DNA from: Podarcis cretensis
Taxonomy: Eukaryota
DNA: 64,000 nucleotides
Reading direction: 5' to 3'
Assembly (NCBI GenBank): GCA_951804945.1
Contig: OX638153.1
Span: 72,168,001-72,232,000 of the forward strand
Part shown: positions 1 to 13,700 of the stretch, piece by piece
How positions within the stretch are numbered: the first letter of the stretch is position 1
Layout: the number at the start of each line of letters is the position of its first letter
Translations under genes and position numbers: made by a program
The notes under the pieces: model-generated
What the model saw: the letters and a program-made list of their open reading frames with translations, nothing else
Databases searched by the model: none
Told to the model about the DNA's origin: nothing

Positions 1-231
1 CACAACAGTGGTCATTCAGCTACCACTCTCTTCCTCACCTCTAAGGCTAAATACACATGGATGGTTTAAAAAGCAATGGCATCATTTTCCCCATTGTGTG
101 TCACATCATTTTGTGTCCTTGCTGTAAACACCAGAGGTGGAGTGGGGACGTATCTGCCCAATGCACATTGTCTGATTTGCTTCCCCACACCAAACACCTA
201 CTCATTGAAGCTGTCATCTGTGCATGTACCT

Positions 232-234
<3 letters not shown>

Positions 235-278
<44 letters not shown>
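235..278. repeat. (AT)n microsatellite
   Basis: Read directly from sequence. Confidence 0.95.
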
Positions 279-281
<3 letters not shown>

Positions 282-1874
282 TCAGCTTAACCACGACTTA
301 CATTTTCAAATTGAATGGAAAGCTGGCTTGAGAGACCGAAGGAAAAAAGATAGAATGATGCCTTAGGATGATGCCCAAACATTACAAGATCAAGCTAACC
401 TATGGGAGACTTGTTGGGAAAATGCAATTCACGAGGAGCATCACATCAAGTGTAGAAATGACATGTAGTATCTTTAGATACTTGAAAGTGAGGGAGAACG
501 GAATATTGGCACCATTTTGATATTTAGAGCCTGCTTAGTCAGGAGGCTTTGACTGACAGATTGCAAGGAGTATCCAATGGGCTTAGTTGCACAGTCAGGA
601 AAGAGAAGTCTATTTCTTCAACTTTATTTTATTTTATTTTTTGCATTTATATCCCACCTTTTTCACCAAGGAGCTTCCAGATTGGGAGCCCCCATGGCTG
701 CTTCATTGAGGTATGACTAGTCCTAAGCATGTGATTTGAATATGCTTTTAATGTTAACACTTACCTATCACGTAGCAAAGGAAACCACTATTGAAAACCA
801 TTAATTGAAAGCAACTTAATATACGACAGAGGAAACTGTTGCTTGAAGTACAAGTTAACAGCTCCCACCTAAAAATTTCTCACTCGTATGTAGTAATTCA
901 GGTCAAGGCATACATGTTTAAAATTAATTGTTACGTCTTCTGTCCATTCTACAATTACTTTTGTACATGCACACCTTGACCTGAATTAAGGTATGCATAT
1001 TTAAGTTTGATTGTACAATGGACAGAAGGTGTGACAATTAATTACAAACATGACTGTGAGAAGCAAAAGTACAAGCAAGGTGGAAAACTTTCAGACATGG
1101 GGACTCCATGTACAGATCTGTTTGCATAAATGAATGAACACACTGGGTTGGTCTGCACTGTCAGCCACACATTCCACCGCGTGCTTCCACTCCCCATATT
1201 CCTATAAAGTAAGTATTTTGTTTTATTATGCTTTGTTATGTCTTGTTTGATGGTGTTCCTTGTTTCTATTAAAAATTCAATAAAAACCTATAAACAATGG
1301 AAAACAATGTCCAGTACATAACATTGAGATTGGACATCTCAATATACCTGAGTATATAAACTTTGGTTAGCCTGCTTAAAACCAGTCAGGTGACGTGATC
1401 TCTTTACCAGTAGATGCTGAAACTGGATGAACGGGTGCCTTCCCTATTCATAAATAATCTCTCACTCGCAAATGTCATTTAATTTAGCCCTCCATGTTAA
1501 TTAGGAATATTATACGCCTCCTGCCAGTCCTTTCATTTCCCTCTTTGAATTGCCAGCCTACCTTAAGGACTTAATATTTCCCATAATGCAGTGGAATCAA
1601 GGGAGGTTGCTTGCCAACCCCTTTAAGAATTCCCAGGAACTAACTCTGAAACAGAAAGGAAGCTGTGGCTCCATTTACGTTCCATTTAAAATCTTTTTAC
1701 ACTTGTTCCTCTTTAAGCCCCTCTAAGCTCTGTGTTGGTATCTATTAGGTGTAATAAGCTAAGGCTCTGTTTTATCTATATGTAGTGTAAACTCAAGCTG
1801 TTCCTCAGTGCATCAGGTTATACTGCCTTGTTAGGGGTTTGTAGTTTAGCCTTTTCTGACCTTCTCAGGGAGAG

Positions 1875-2110
1875 CCTATTCAAAGTGCTGGTTTTGATCT
1901 ATAAATCTTTACGCAGCTTCAGATCTCCTGGATCTGAAGGATCACCTCTTCACATATGTATCTACTCAGGCCTTAAGATCATCAACAGAGGCCATTCTAT
2001 GAGTGTTCCTTCACTCTTGACATAACAGAGAGAGTCTATGAGAGAGAGGCTTTTTTCAATGGTGGTCTCCCAGTGGGAAAATGCTGTCATTAAAGAGGCT
2101 CATCTGGAAC
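1875..2110 (+). mobile_element. Old L2 fragment
   Basis: FKVLVLIYKSL motif. Confidence 0.5.
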
Positions 2111-2180
2111 CTATAGTAATTTTTTTTTGTTTTCCTTTTTTACTATGTTAACATTTTTATCAGTGTTATCATTTAAACTA

Positions 2181-2422
2181 CAGTGGTACCTCAGGTTACA
2201 TACGCTTCAGGTTACATACGCTTCAAGTTACAGACTCCGCTAACCCAGAAATAGTGCTTCAGGTTAAAAACTTTGCTTCAGGATGAGAACAAAAATCGTG
2301 CTCCGGCGGCGCAGTGGCAGCAGGAGGCCCCATTAGCTAAAGTGGTGCTTCAGGTTAAGAACAGTTTCAGGTTAAGTACGGACCTCCGGAACGAATTAAG
2401 TACTTAACCTGAGGTACCACTA
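2181..2422. mobile_element. Tc1/mariner-type MITE
   Basis: TA | CAGTGGTACCTC ... GAGGTACCACTA | TA. Confidence 0.88.
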
Positions 2423-4386
2423 TACTGATCTCCATATCCCCCCCACCCTTGTATTTGCTCTTCATTGTTTGCTTATCTGTTACATTTATAGCCCACTTTT
2501 TCTTCAAGGAAAAAGTGTGTTCCATTTTCTACTGAAAACACTTAGAAGCTCTCTCCCAAATGGGAAATCCCACTAAGCCAGGATTCCTGCTGGAAGGGAG
2601 GTTTCTAAGTGTGCCTAATAGAACACACTTAAAAGCCCTCTTCAGACCTTCAGCTTGATCACACAATTTCAGGCAAATCCCTTAACGCAGCATCCTAATC
2701 ACCTCTCTTTTAAGTGGTGACAGTAGTCTTCTTTTTAATTCCACCCTTCTCTGCAAGATGTTTCAAGACCACATACAGATATGCTATAGTGCCTGCATTT
2801 CACAGTCCTCAGTCATTCTGTCTCTGGAGTAATCCAATTTACTCAACAATGCCACAGTTAAGAGGTTTAGGGGTAGTAGCCCCAGCCTGACCAATGACTG
2901 GTTATCACAGGTAATATTATTGCAAAACTTAAACCTGAGCAACATTGAGTAAGATTCTAGTGGAAAGAATTGTGGGGAAGCTGAACAGCTGTTGCGGGGC
3001 AACCTTTAAGGGAAGTAACACTAAAAGAGACCCTGAAGGAAAGGAATGGGCAGAGGACTGCTGAGTCAGCTTTAACAGAGTGATTCCTCTGTAGTCTTTA
3101 ACCCAGAGCAGAGAAGGAACCCCAGGGAGTACTGAAGGAATCTAACACATGAATCTTTCTAGCAAGGGGTGGGGGGTGGAATACAAACTCGCCAAACCAA
3201 CTCCAGCTGTTGATTGCTTTTATAGCTGTGTTCACATTAATGCGTGCAGACATCCATTAGTTATTTCTGTAGAAGATGAGCAAGGAGGACGCAGCTTTCC
3301 TTCTATACTGTTCACGAACCTTTTAAGAACATGAATATACAAGGAGAAACCAGCAAGACAAATAGCTCCAGCCCCAAACAGGAATTGTCTTGTGCAGGGC
3401 TCCAGCTGGGCTGGAACAGTAGCTTTGGAATGCTGTTCAGGGTTTGCATGGAAGGTTTCAGAAGGTGGGAAAGGATAAAGGATCTTTCCCCTCCCAGTGC
3501 CAGACAATGCCAGAGAACCCAGCCTCAAGAACCGAGTGCTTTATTGGTATAGCGGGGGTGGGGGTCTAGAGAGTGGGGAGTTACTAGAGGGAATAATGAT
3601 GATTCTACTTCTTTTTAAGCCAGGAAACTCAGACAAAGGAGTGTATGCTGTGTCAATGTTTTGGAAGCACCTTTCCTTTTTATATAGAGGAACTTGCCAT
3701 TGCTTGCCCAACGAAGGTACTAAAAACATGTCAGACGATTTAATCATGCCAATGAACTGTTTCAGGTTTACCTTTCTTGGCCCTATTCGGTGGTAACATT
3801 AGGTCATTAGGAGTTTGGGGGCAAGGTGGCATCTGCACGCTGGTGACACTCAGCTCTGTTTCTTGATAACATCTGAATCAGGAGAGGCTGTGTGGGCCCT
3901 GGATACTGTGGTGGGATGAATGAGGGAAAATAAGCATAGCTTGAATCCCGACAAGATGGAGGCACTGTAGGAGGGTGGGTCCCGGGTTTGAGAAAGACAT
4001 AGCAGACGACACAGCGATTTCTCCAAAGCACCTCTTTATTTGTAAGCTGGAACAGAACTGAACAGCAAACAGCTCAGCCGGCCTTCTTTTATAGGCAGCC
4101 GGCTGTCAACATTGTAGCAACAACAACCCAGGCTTTCCCGCCTAAAGTAACTGACGTGGACCTGAGTGAAAACTATATACATGATACTCCTGGTGGCCAG
4201 GGTGAGAACTTCAATACATAACAGCTTGCGCTCCCACTGAAGAAGCAGATACGCTGTCTGGGGTGCTCCTGGATGAGAGGTGGGACCAGAGCTAAAGGTA
4301 GGTGAAGCCATCCCATTGTTTTACCTTTCTCTTTCCAATGCCTTTATCCCTTTCTTCTCACCTCCCTTTGTTTCTGGTACCCCATA

Positions 4387-4522
4387 CAGTCATACCTCGG
4401 GTTACAGACTCTTCAGGTTGCGTGTTTTCGGTGCGCAGATGCGGCGCTGCGGGCTGCAAACGCTGCGGGTTGTGAACACTGCGGGTTGCAAACGTGCCTC
4501 CTGCATGGATCACATTCCACTG
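4387..4522. mobile_element. Internally deleted mariner-type MITE
   Basis: TA | CAGTCATACCTCGGGTTACA ... TTCCACTG | TA. Confidence 0.55.
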
Positions 4523-5689
4523 TATTTCCACCCCCCTCCTTGCCACCTGCATGAAATTAGTCCAAGGACTTACAGTCCTCAGAATTCTGGTTGGCCACCT
4601 GTGTGGTTATATAAAATAATCAAATGGGTCTATGTACTAGATTGCATGTCAAAAGCATAGAATCCTTTGCTTTAAAAAAAGATACCCGTTTGATGTGTGT
4701 TTTATAATATTCCTGTAGTTATGAGGTATAAAACATTAAATGCAAGGCCTCTTAAAATGCACCATTTATAGCAATTTAATGTATCCAAAAGACAGCCTTT
4801 AGAATCTGTTAAGAATTTTCTTCTGTCTCCAGATCTGCTACAGAAATCTGATATGGAACCCCTGTCAATTTTCCCTACTATCTTTAGAATAGTGTGTCAA
4901 TATTAATCTTTTAAAAATTACATACCGCTTTAAATTACATACCACTGTACAGTCTGTGCAGAGCAGTACACCTTCAGAACTTATTTTCTCATATTGAGAT
5001 GTACTTTATATGTGTATTTGAGTAGCATGGCCAACCAGGAAGACTCCTCCACATGAAGCATTTTTTAAAAAACAACAACAACCACCAGCACCTGCTATAT
5101 GATTAAACTATAGTGAGATGAATACTTTCTCTCTCTATGTGTCAGCAGTGAATAGCAGTTTGATGCCAAAGTGAGTATAAGTTTTGTCACAGAATTGCTT
5201 TGAATTGTCCTGGAAGTGAAACGTGTCAAATAAAAGCAGAGTAGCTGTCAGAATTCCAATTGAGGTGCTTTGCTAGAAATGGTTCGGAGAAAATATTTCC
5301 TTACAGCTCTGGTGTTCAGGAGTGCAGACTGAAATGTTTAGAAGATGAACTGCTGAAATAGTTGGACTATCGGGAGTAACTATTATGGCTTTACAGATGG
5401 CTCTGTCTAGCAGAAATCACTGCAACATAAATGCAAGGGGTGGGTGGGTGGTGGGTGTGTTGGGTGAGAGAGAAAGATAAAGCCTGCATTCAAATGAGGG
5501 ATATAAGAACACAAGAACTGCCTTATTCAGAGACAGACCTGAATAACCTTTTCCTGTCATGCCCAGCTGCTTCGTTGAATTCTGTTAGGCAAATATGCAC
5601 GGTTCATCTTGTGCTTCGTAAGATGTGTAGGAGGCAGTGATGGCCACCAGCTTTGGTGGTTTGAAAGGTGATTGGTCAAATTCATGGGG

Positions 5690-6227
5690 GAAAGGGCGTC
5701 TCCTGGTACACCTCGCGGAGGTCCTTATGGTCCAGAAATAATAATACTTTGGAGGTCCCGGGCGTCAAGGAGATTAGACTGGCCTCGACCAGGGCCAGAG
5801 CCTTCTCAGCCCTGGCCCCCGGCTTGGTGGAATGCTTTGTTGCAAGAGACCAGGGTCCTGCGGGATCTGACATCTTTCCGCAGGGACTGCAAGACGGAGC
5901 TGTTCCGCTAGGCCTTTGGTCTGGGCCCAGTCTGATCCCCTTCCTTCCTCCTTCTTCCCTCTTTCTATGGGACCCTGTATGTAAGTGACGTCTTGGCTCC
6001 TTCTATCGACCCACATGGGACCAGCATGGGTGGCTGGGCCTGGTGAACATTTAATATTCCTTACCCCTACGGTTGTGATTCGTGGGTTCCCACCCAATTT
6101 TATTTTTATTTTAAATGTGATTTTGAACTGTATTTTAATCAATTGTTTGATTTTGTGTTTTTAATGTATTATATATTTGGTGTTAGCCTCCCTGAGCCTA
6201 GTCTTGGCTGGGGAGGGCGGGGTATAA

Positions 6228-6276
<49 letters not shown>

Positions 6277-6295
6277 TAATATTATTATTATAATA
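5690..6295 (+). mobile_element. L2-like LINE 3' end with (TAT)n tail
   Basis: RARAFSALAP.LWN-like L2 C-terminal motif; GAGCC...GGGCGGGGTATAAAT(TAT)n end. Confidence 0.65.
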
Positions 6296-6713
6296 AAAGG
6301 CTATATAAAGTTAAAGGATGGGAGAAGTGGGTTTGACCACTCTTTCTGTGTGCTCTTACGGTTCAAGTGGGCTAGTGGAAATTAAGGGCTGGTATTTATT
6401 TAATGGACTTCTGGCCAGGATCTTATGTTTTCACTCTATGAATGGAATGAGAGAATTGCACTCATCGGAGGACTTTGTGTTGAGAGTCAAAATTAAGGAT
6501 CCAAACCTAATCTGGATATAAAAAATAAAATAGGCAGGCAGTTAAAGTAGTTGGCACTCTTGCCTTGGTTTTAGAGCTGAAACTTTCACTGTCTTAATTA
6601 ATGTGTGTGTATGTTTGTATGTATATGCAAAAGTATTTTATGATTCTATAATCAGTTTAGATTATTGCATTTAAAACCGTATCTCTCCCTGCTTCTTGCT
6701 TTGGTTCTTGGTA

Positions 6714-6957
6714 CAGTGGTACATTGGTTTAAGAACAGTAGTCTGGTTTAAGAATGATTTGGTTTACAACCTCTGCCAAACTGGAAATAGTGTCTTGGTT
6801 TTCAAACTTTACCTCGGTCTAAGAACAGAATCCGAATGGTGGAAGGACACCGGCAGCGGGAGGCCTCATTAGGGAAAGCACGCCTCAGTTTAAGAACGGT
6901 TTTGGTTTAAGAATGGACTTCCGGAACGGATTAAGTTCGTAAACCGAGGTACCGCTG
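6714..6957. mobile_element. Tc1/mariner-type MITE (related family)
   Basis: TA | CAGTGGTAC ... GAGGTACCGCTG | TA; colinear with 2181-2422. Confidence 0.85.
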
Positions 6958-7036
6958 TATTTGGAACCTAAATATTTAGAAATAGCCATTCTATTTTCTA
7001 CTCAGGCTACACATCTAAATGTACACTTGGAAGGAA

Positions 7037-7060
7037 TGCCCTCTAGTGGTAAAACTGAAG
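7037..7060 (-). promoter_or_regulatory. CTCF motif with upstream module
   Basis: Minus strand reads cTTCAGttttaCCACTAGAGGGCA, a strong core match with a TGCAG-like upstream motif. Confidence 0.55.
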
Positions 7061-10000
7061 ATATTACACTATCAATATGGTCCTGTTTTATTAGAAACAC
7101 ACACACACACGGATAGGCTAAAATGATTGTTCTAAGTGTTTGATTTTAGCTTCTGTTCATGCAAGTTTTGGCTTCTTAAAGTAGAGCTATTCAACCAGGA
7201 ATCAAAACATTTCCAGAAGGATTTCACGGAGGAAGTAACCATACCGTGTATCCATCCTTTTGGAAATGTTTCATCCCTTACCAATTATCTTCAGCGTCTC
7301 AGAAAGATATGCAGGTCACCTGGATAAAAAACAAATGAACCCAAAGGGCCTCATTTTGCAGTTGCCTCTTTAGTGTCCTTGCCAGCCTGGGATTCAAGAG
7401 GCCTTAACTAGGGTTGCTATATTTCAAAAAATAAAAACCAGGACACCCCAAAAGCTTTTTTTTTTTTTTTTTAAGGAAAGTTACTGACAAACTCCAAAGT
7501 CAGTTTTTCGATTGACTTGCCTAAGCTCCAGGAAAAAGCACCACCTTTCAGATATTTCACCTAGATGTCAATTCTGCCTTTGAAATCCCGGTAATGTCCA
7601 GGAAAATCTGGAAAATGTGGGGAAGATCCAGCATTGCAGACTCCCATGCGGCCACCATGGCCACAACTACATCTGTCTACAGCACATATTGTGTGCGTTG
7701 GTTGGCACTGCTAAATGTACCCATAACTGTACAGTGTACTAACATCAACATAGCCTGAGATGAATAACTGAAACCATGAAAAATATTGGGGGGTGGGGAT
7801 TGTGTGAAATAACGAGAATGAAACACTTATCCAATGAATGGATGTTTTGAGGGCAGACTATGGACTGCATGAGTTGGCTTACCTCCAGATCTCACATGCA
7901 GAGAGGTTTTGTGTGCATATTCACATTGCCCACAGGGAAAATGCTTTGCTTGGCATGCAGGTTTCATTGCTGGATCATGGCCACAGTATTGCCAGATCTC
8001 TTGCTGCCTTGCTGATGAACTAAGAACCGTTTTTCTTCAACAGCCAAATGAATCACTCTATTTTCTATGCTTTAAACCATAATGGGGAAGCATGTGGAAC
8101 TGCACTTTATCATAGCCCAGACGCTTACAAATTACACAGTCCTTCTTCAATTCAGGGAACACAGCAGCCTTTTCCAAAAATAAAATCCTCAGATGCCAGG
8201 CATGAAATTACTCCAAAATTCAGCATTACTTGGATATGCCAATGTCCCTTCTGCAAATGCTGCTCATGCCAAAGCTGGATATTCTCTCTTTTTAAAAGAA
8301 ACAGTTATGTATTTTGTTACCGAAATAATGAGGAGTACCTGCAACAGAAAGCAAACAGCATTTAAAAAAACCAAAACACATTGATGTCTAATAAATTATT
8401 CAGAATATGAATATAGGAATAAATGGAATGTGAAAGATCCCCGTCTTCATTGTTAACTGTAGCTGAAAATGAGTTGTAGTGCAATTACATATTTTGGATC
8501 TAAAGAGAGTGTCTAGGGACAAATTATCATTAGTATCTTTTAAAAAAAATGTGCAGTGTAATACTATGTTTACTTTTAAGTAAATCCCACTGAGTTCAAT
8601 GGGCTCAAGGCTACAATACTAGCCCCACTTGCCTGGAAGTAAGCTCCATTGATTTAAGTAGGACTTACTTCTGAGTTGACATGGAAGGGCTTGCACTGTA
8701 AGACTTGTAGAATCTGAATAATAATTATGTGCATTTTCCAAAGTAGCAATTGAATTTCCTCTACTAGATTTTTCATTAAGGGTTTAAAGAGAAAACATCT
8801 TTCAAGTTCAGTATTAGTTTCGCAGCTGACTGATCTGCTCATTTAGGATGATGCATTTTCATATTATCTACAAAAGACAAGGAGCATGAGGAAGAAACAC
8901 AAGCCGCTTGGCAAAATATGGATTAAGAAGGACCTAGTCATATCTGTTCATGGTCAAGGTTAGCTAGCATTCAGTTTACAACAATTTTGAACCATGAGAA
9001 TCATTGTGATTCTTACCTATGAAAATAAGGCAAGGTTGCTGGATCAGACCAATGTCCCATCTAGTCCAGCATCCTGTTCTCACACTGGCCAGTCAGATGC
9101 CTGGGTGAAGCATGTTAGCTGGAAATCAGCCAAATAGCACTCTGCTCACCTGCAATTCCCAGCAACTGGGATGCAGAGGCATCCTAACTCTGACAGTGGA
9201 GGTAGAACAGGAGCCATTGATGTTTATCTGTTAATTATTTTTCCTGGGGTTTGTTGGCAAAGTCTGAAGGACCATGATGCAACCTTGCCTGAAGCTAAGC
9301 AGATACAGATCTGGTTAGTGTCTGGATCTGAGAAGACTTGGGTCCTATTATCACAGCAGAAAAGTACAATAAATAACTCAGCAGGTTTGGCTTTTGTTGT
9401 TGTTGTTTACTTTCTGCTGTTGAGACATTCTAGTTCCACATGCATACGTTCCTTTGAGACCACGGAAACCTCATGACAAAAACAAAATGCGCAGAGGTTT
9501 TGCACATTTTTATGGTGAAGTCTCTTTTGCAAATGCATCTAGATTAGGGAGGAGGATAAGCAGCTCTCCCATTTCCCCCAGCTTATTGAAAGCACTCCAA
9601 GATGACCACTGAAGAGCATTTTTGAGGTTCATGGGGGACTCAGCCCCTGTGGGAAATGTGCTACTATTTCTCCAGCATGGCAGAGCCACCCTTCAGCATG
9701 AATTCTGTCCCAGCAAAAACCAGAAAGTGTCTTGGGAACATAGGAAGCTGCCTTATACTAAGCCAGACCACAGGTGCCATTTCTATTGTCTTTTTGGTGC
9801 CTACTGAAGACTTTCATCTTCCAACAAGCCTTTCAAAGCAGAGATCTTTCTCGGTCTGCATCTGCACTGGAAATCCTTTGTGTGTTTGCTGCCCTGAACT
9901 GCTTTGGGAGGAAGGGCTGCATATCGATTTAATAAGTAAACAATCTAGCTCAGTATCTCCCACACTGACCCAGCCCCACCTGGAGACACAAGGGATTGAA

Positions 10001-10210
10001 CCTGAGACCTTTTTGCATGCAAAACATGTGCTCTGTTCCAGACCTATGGCCCGTCCTCGGTTTCTGGCACCTTAAAGACTAACCAATTCATTGTGGCGTA
10101 AGCTTCCCTAGACCACAGCCGGTTCCATCAGATGCGTGAAATGTAATCTAAAACAGCCCGCAGGCTTGAAGGCGCCAATCAGCCTCTTCGCGGCTCTTGT
10201 GGCTCTCCAT

Positions 10211-10239
10211 TTCAGCACCAGAGACCCCTGGACAGCGCC
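10211..10239 (+). promoter_or_regulatory. Non-canonical (wide-spacer) REST/NRSF RE1 element
   Basis: TTCAGCACC-agagacccct-GGACAGCGCC: both consensus half-sites are perfect, with a 10-nt spacer instead of 2. Confidence 0.65.
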
Positions 10240-10707
10240 TTCAGTTCCAGGCAGAAGCAACGACTCAGGCAAGGCAAGGCTGCGCTCCGGCACTTAGAGA
10301 TGGAGGCGCTGCAGTCATGCAGCGCTCAGAAAGAGGCGCTGTTTTCGTGACGGGGCTGCTCAGATCCTAGGCAGTCAAAGGTGACTTCGTGGCAGGCCGA
10401 TCGTAACCTTGCAGCGGAAGAAAGGACAGAGCCACAAGCCCGTTGTGAGGCTCGGGAGAAGAGGTGGGGGGTGGGGAGTGAGCATGGGGGCTGCAGGCTC
10501 GCCGCTCAGATTTCCGAGCCCTCGAGGAGAGGCTGGTTCCTTCCAAGGTGTCACGACATCCTAGCCTCCGCCCGCGGAAAGGAGCTGGCCAGGGTCCCCG
10601 AACTAACGTGGCGTCTCCGGGGAAGGAGCAGAGAGCCAGAAGGATCACCCTGAGCGACGGGAATAAAGCAATGTTGCACGGTTCTACCGCTTGAGTCATG
10701 CGCCAGA

Positions 10708-10710
10708 ATG
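10708..10710 (+). CDS. GUCY1B2-like: sGC beta-2-like exon 1 (ATG only)
   Basis: CCAGAATG|GTGAGT in a CpG island; an ATG-only first coding exon is typical of sGC beta genes and joins in phase to YGFIN. Confidence 0.8.
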
Positions 10711-13700
10711 GTGAGTAGCGACTGTTTGTCTCCCCCACCGACCCCCAACGATCTTCCACGGGTGGTTTTTGTTTTGAAAGTTAACAGAGGGATCCGGGAT
10801 CCGGAGGAGATGCCGATGACTTTGTGTCAAATCGATTTTAGAAAAGGCCTCCTCTGAGCAGTGGGAATCTGGGAGGGAAGTTGGGGGGGGGGGGCGTTGC
10901 TGCCAGTTTAGCTCTGTTTTGCTTTTCCCGGAGAGAAAGAAAAGCAAGGGATCCTAAGCTACTTTGCTCCGGAGCAGTCCTAGTAACTTTGGAGCAAGGG
11001 CGCTGAGGACCCTGCTAAAGTCTTGCCAAGACCATCTTGGCAGAAGCCAGCGCCACGAGCAGGGCGACCACGTTCACTCGACGCCCGTCAGTCAAGTGGC
11101 TGGAGGACCAGCATCAATAGATTCTGGAGATGGCAACCTGTAGCTGTCCCCTCCCTCCTCGCGTCAGTGGCCGACCCAGCCTCCAATGAAGTCCGAGGAA
11201 CTGTGGCTGATGTCAATAGGGGGCGTCTGGCCGCACATCGGTCTGGATTCAGGAGGTAGTAAATAAAATATCCCGAAGCGCACAAGCGTCTGCTCGCGCC
11301 AAGTAAAAGTCAAGAAAAGAGTATTACGCACATTCTCATTTTAAAAAAACAACAAACAACAAAAACGGACAAGCCCAGTTGCCCCTGATTTGTTGTGGTG
11401 CGCTAGGACAGCGCTTGGTTTTGGCAATTCAGTTAGCGGCTTGGAGACGCATCAGCGCCGCTGGGCAGAGAGGCGCTGCGGTTACTAAGACCGCCAGCCT
11501 ATCAAGACGCGCTTATCTCTAAGCTTGGTGGGATTCGGGGCTGATTCAATTCTGCTTCACACCTCAGAGCGTTTGATGCCTTCTCCTATTTATGGATCCT
11601 GGAGGCACGCAGAAGGAGGCAAGAGAGAAAGGCTCCCTGTGCAGCAAACTTGTAAAGGGTGGGGATTGTGGAGGACATTCGTTTTTTAAGGAGCTCAGAG
11701 GGCGTCCAGAAGAAAAGTGCTTATTGATGAACTGGGGGAATAGGAAACTAAGAGGAGCGGGTGGGCAAGAGCTCACCGTAATTGTACTGACCCAAACAGG
11801 TCATTTTGATCAGGCACTTCTTCTGGGGATGCGCATATTCTGAATTACTAATCTGCACGACTATTACTGGACATCTAAAGTAGAGTCTTTTCTCATATGC
11901 TTTGTAACAGTACCAAAAAATCAAGCAGACATACAGAGAAAGCTATGCAGAGAGTGTGCCCCTGAATCAGGAAAATGGCAAATTCTTCCCTGACTTTTAA
12001 GGGAAGGGTGTGTTTGTTTCCTTTGCTCCTGTTTCTTTTTTTATGATAAATTTTTATTAATATTACACATATATACATATAAACATATACAAAATCCATT
12101 ACATAACTTACACATATTATATCCACTCCACAAATCATAAGTATAATACACAGTTGTTTTAGGCTCTGCCGAGCCTTGGACTTCCCTCCACTCCTTTGGT
12201 AAGTATCAGATAAATTCTATGGTCACGTATTTTATCTCTTTTACATAGTAACCCCTTACTGTTAGAGTTATTTCAACCCTGCCAGTGTCATCTGAAATTT
12301 AGTTCCAATATAGATCCAATATTTATTCCAATTATCATGAAATTTCTGTTCATCATGATCCCTTAGTCTTCCTGTTATTCTAGCGAGCTCGGCATAATTT
12401 GTCACTTTAACCTGCCAATCACTTATATTGGGTATAACCTCCGTTTTCCAATTTTGTGCTAACATGGTTCTTGCGGCTGTTGTTGCATATAGGAATAATG
12501 TCTTATCTTCTTTTTTAATTTCTTTACCCGTCATTCCTAGCAGAAAAGCTTCGGTTTTTTTGGGAAAAGTGTATTTAAAGATTTTTTTAAGTTCGTTATA
12601 GATCAATTCCCAAAAGCCTTTCACTTTGCTACATGACCACCACATATGGTAGAAGTCACCTTCTACTTCTCCGCATTTCCAACATCTTTTGTTCTTCAAC
12701 CTATAAATCTTAGCCAGTTTTGCTCCTGTTTCTGTGCTTCTGCCCGGTAAGGATGTTGAATAGCAAGAACATAGGAAACTGGTCCATCTAGCTCAGTACT
12801 GTCAGGCTGACATGGTCGCCTCAATATGTTGTTGGACTCATCAACCACAGTCATAGAATCATAGAATGGTGGAGTTGGAAAGGACCACAAGGGTCATCTC
12901 GTTCAACCCCCTGAAATTCAGGAATCTTTTGCCCATTGTGGGACTTGAACTCACAACCCTGAGATTAAGAGTCTCATGCTCTACCAACTGATCTATCCAA
13001 GTCTGTCATGTAGACTATAATGTTACGTTTTTAAAATTCTGAATTACAGCAAAATAAGCCTGAAGACACTAATAGTAAACTTCATTATCTGGCCGATTCT
13101 GTATTCGATGCGTATTTGTTTTGTAAAAGCAAGCCAAAGTTTCATGTAATAAATATAAATGTAAATATCATCCAATGTGATGCAAATGTAGCTTTTTAAA
13201 AGAGAATCTTCTATTTCCCCATTTTCATGCATTTGCTTTTGCAGTATGGCTTCATCAATACATGCCTGAAGTCTTTGGTGGTTGAAAAATATGGTGAAGA
13301 AGTATGGGAGAAATTAAGGTAATTTATACCTGGAGGAATTATTCATAGACTTTGACAAGTCATACACGTTGACAAGTGCTTCGCTGTATGCCCACCAACA
13401 CATCATAGTCTTAGACATAAGCCTAGTGAATAACAGGAGCATATGGAGTTTGTCCTACTGAGGTGGATCATTTGGTCTGTCTGTCGATCCCAGTATTGTC
13501 TACCCCAACCTTTGCCAACCCTACTGCATGCCAGATGTTTTGGGTTACAACTCTCATCAGTCTCAGCCAGTGTGGCCATGCTGATGGGAGTTGTAGATCT
13601 ATCGTAATCATCTAGAGAGGGCACCATGTTTGCAAAGCCTAGTACACTCTGCCAACAGAATTCAGAGCCCTGGGATTGGGGTGGGTGGAGGGAATTGATA

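Larger units (their letters stand above)
10130..11620. promoter_or_regulatory. CpG island / promoter of the cyclase gene
   Basis: Dense CpG and high GC in an otherwise CpG-depleted window; spans the ATG exon. Confidence 0.85.

Noticed and set aside
3500-4330. LTR-like segments
   Set aside because: The composition is suggestive, but TG..CA ends and a TSD could not be fixed, so it is not called.
1-10000. CUL3 or other coding exons expected by synteny
   Set aside because: No recognisable exon was found; ORFs here derive from microsatellites and repeats.
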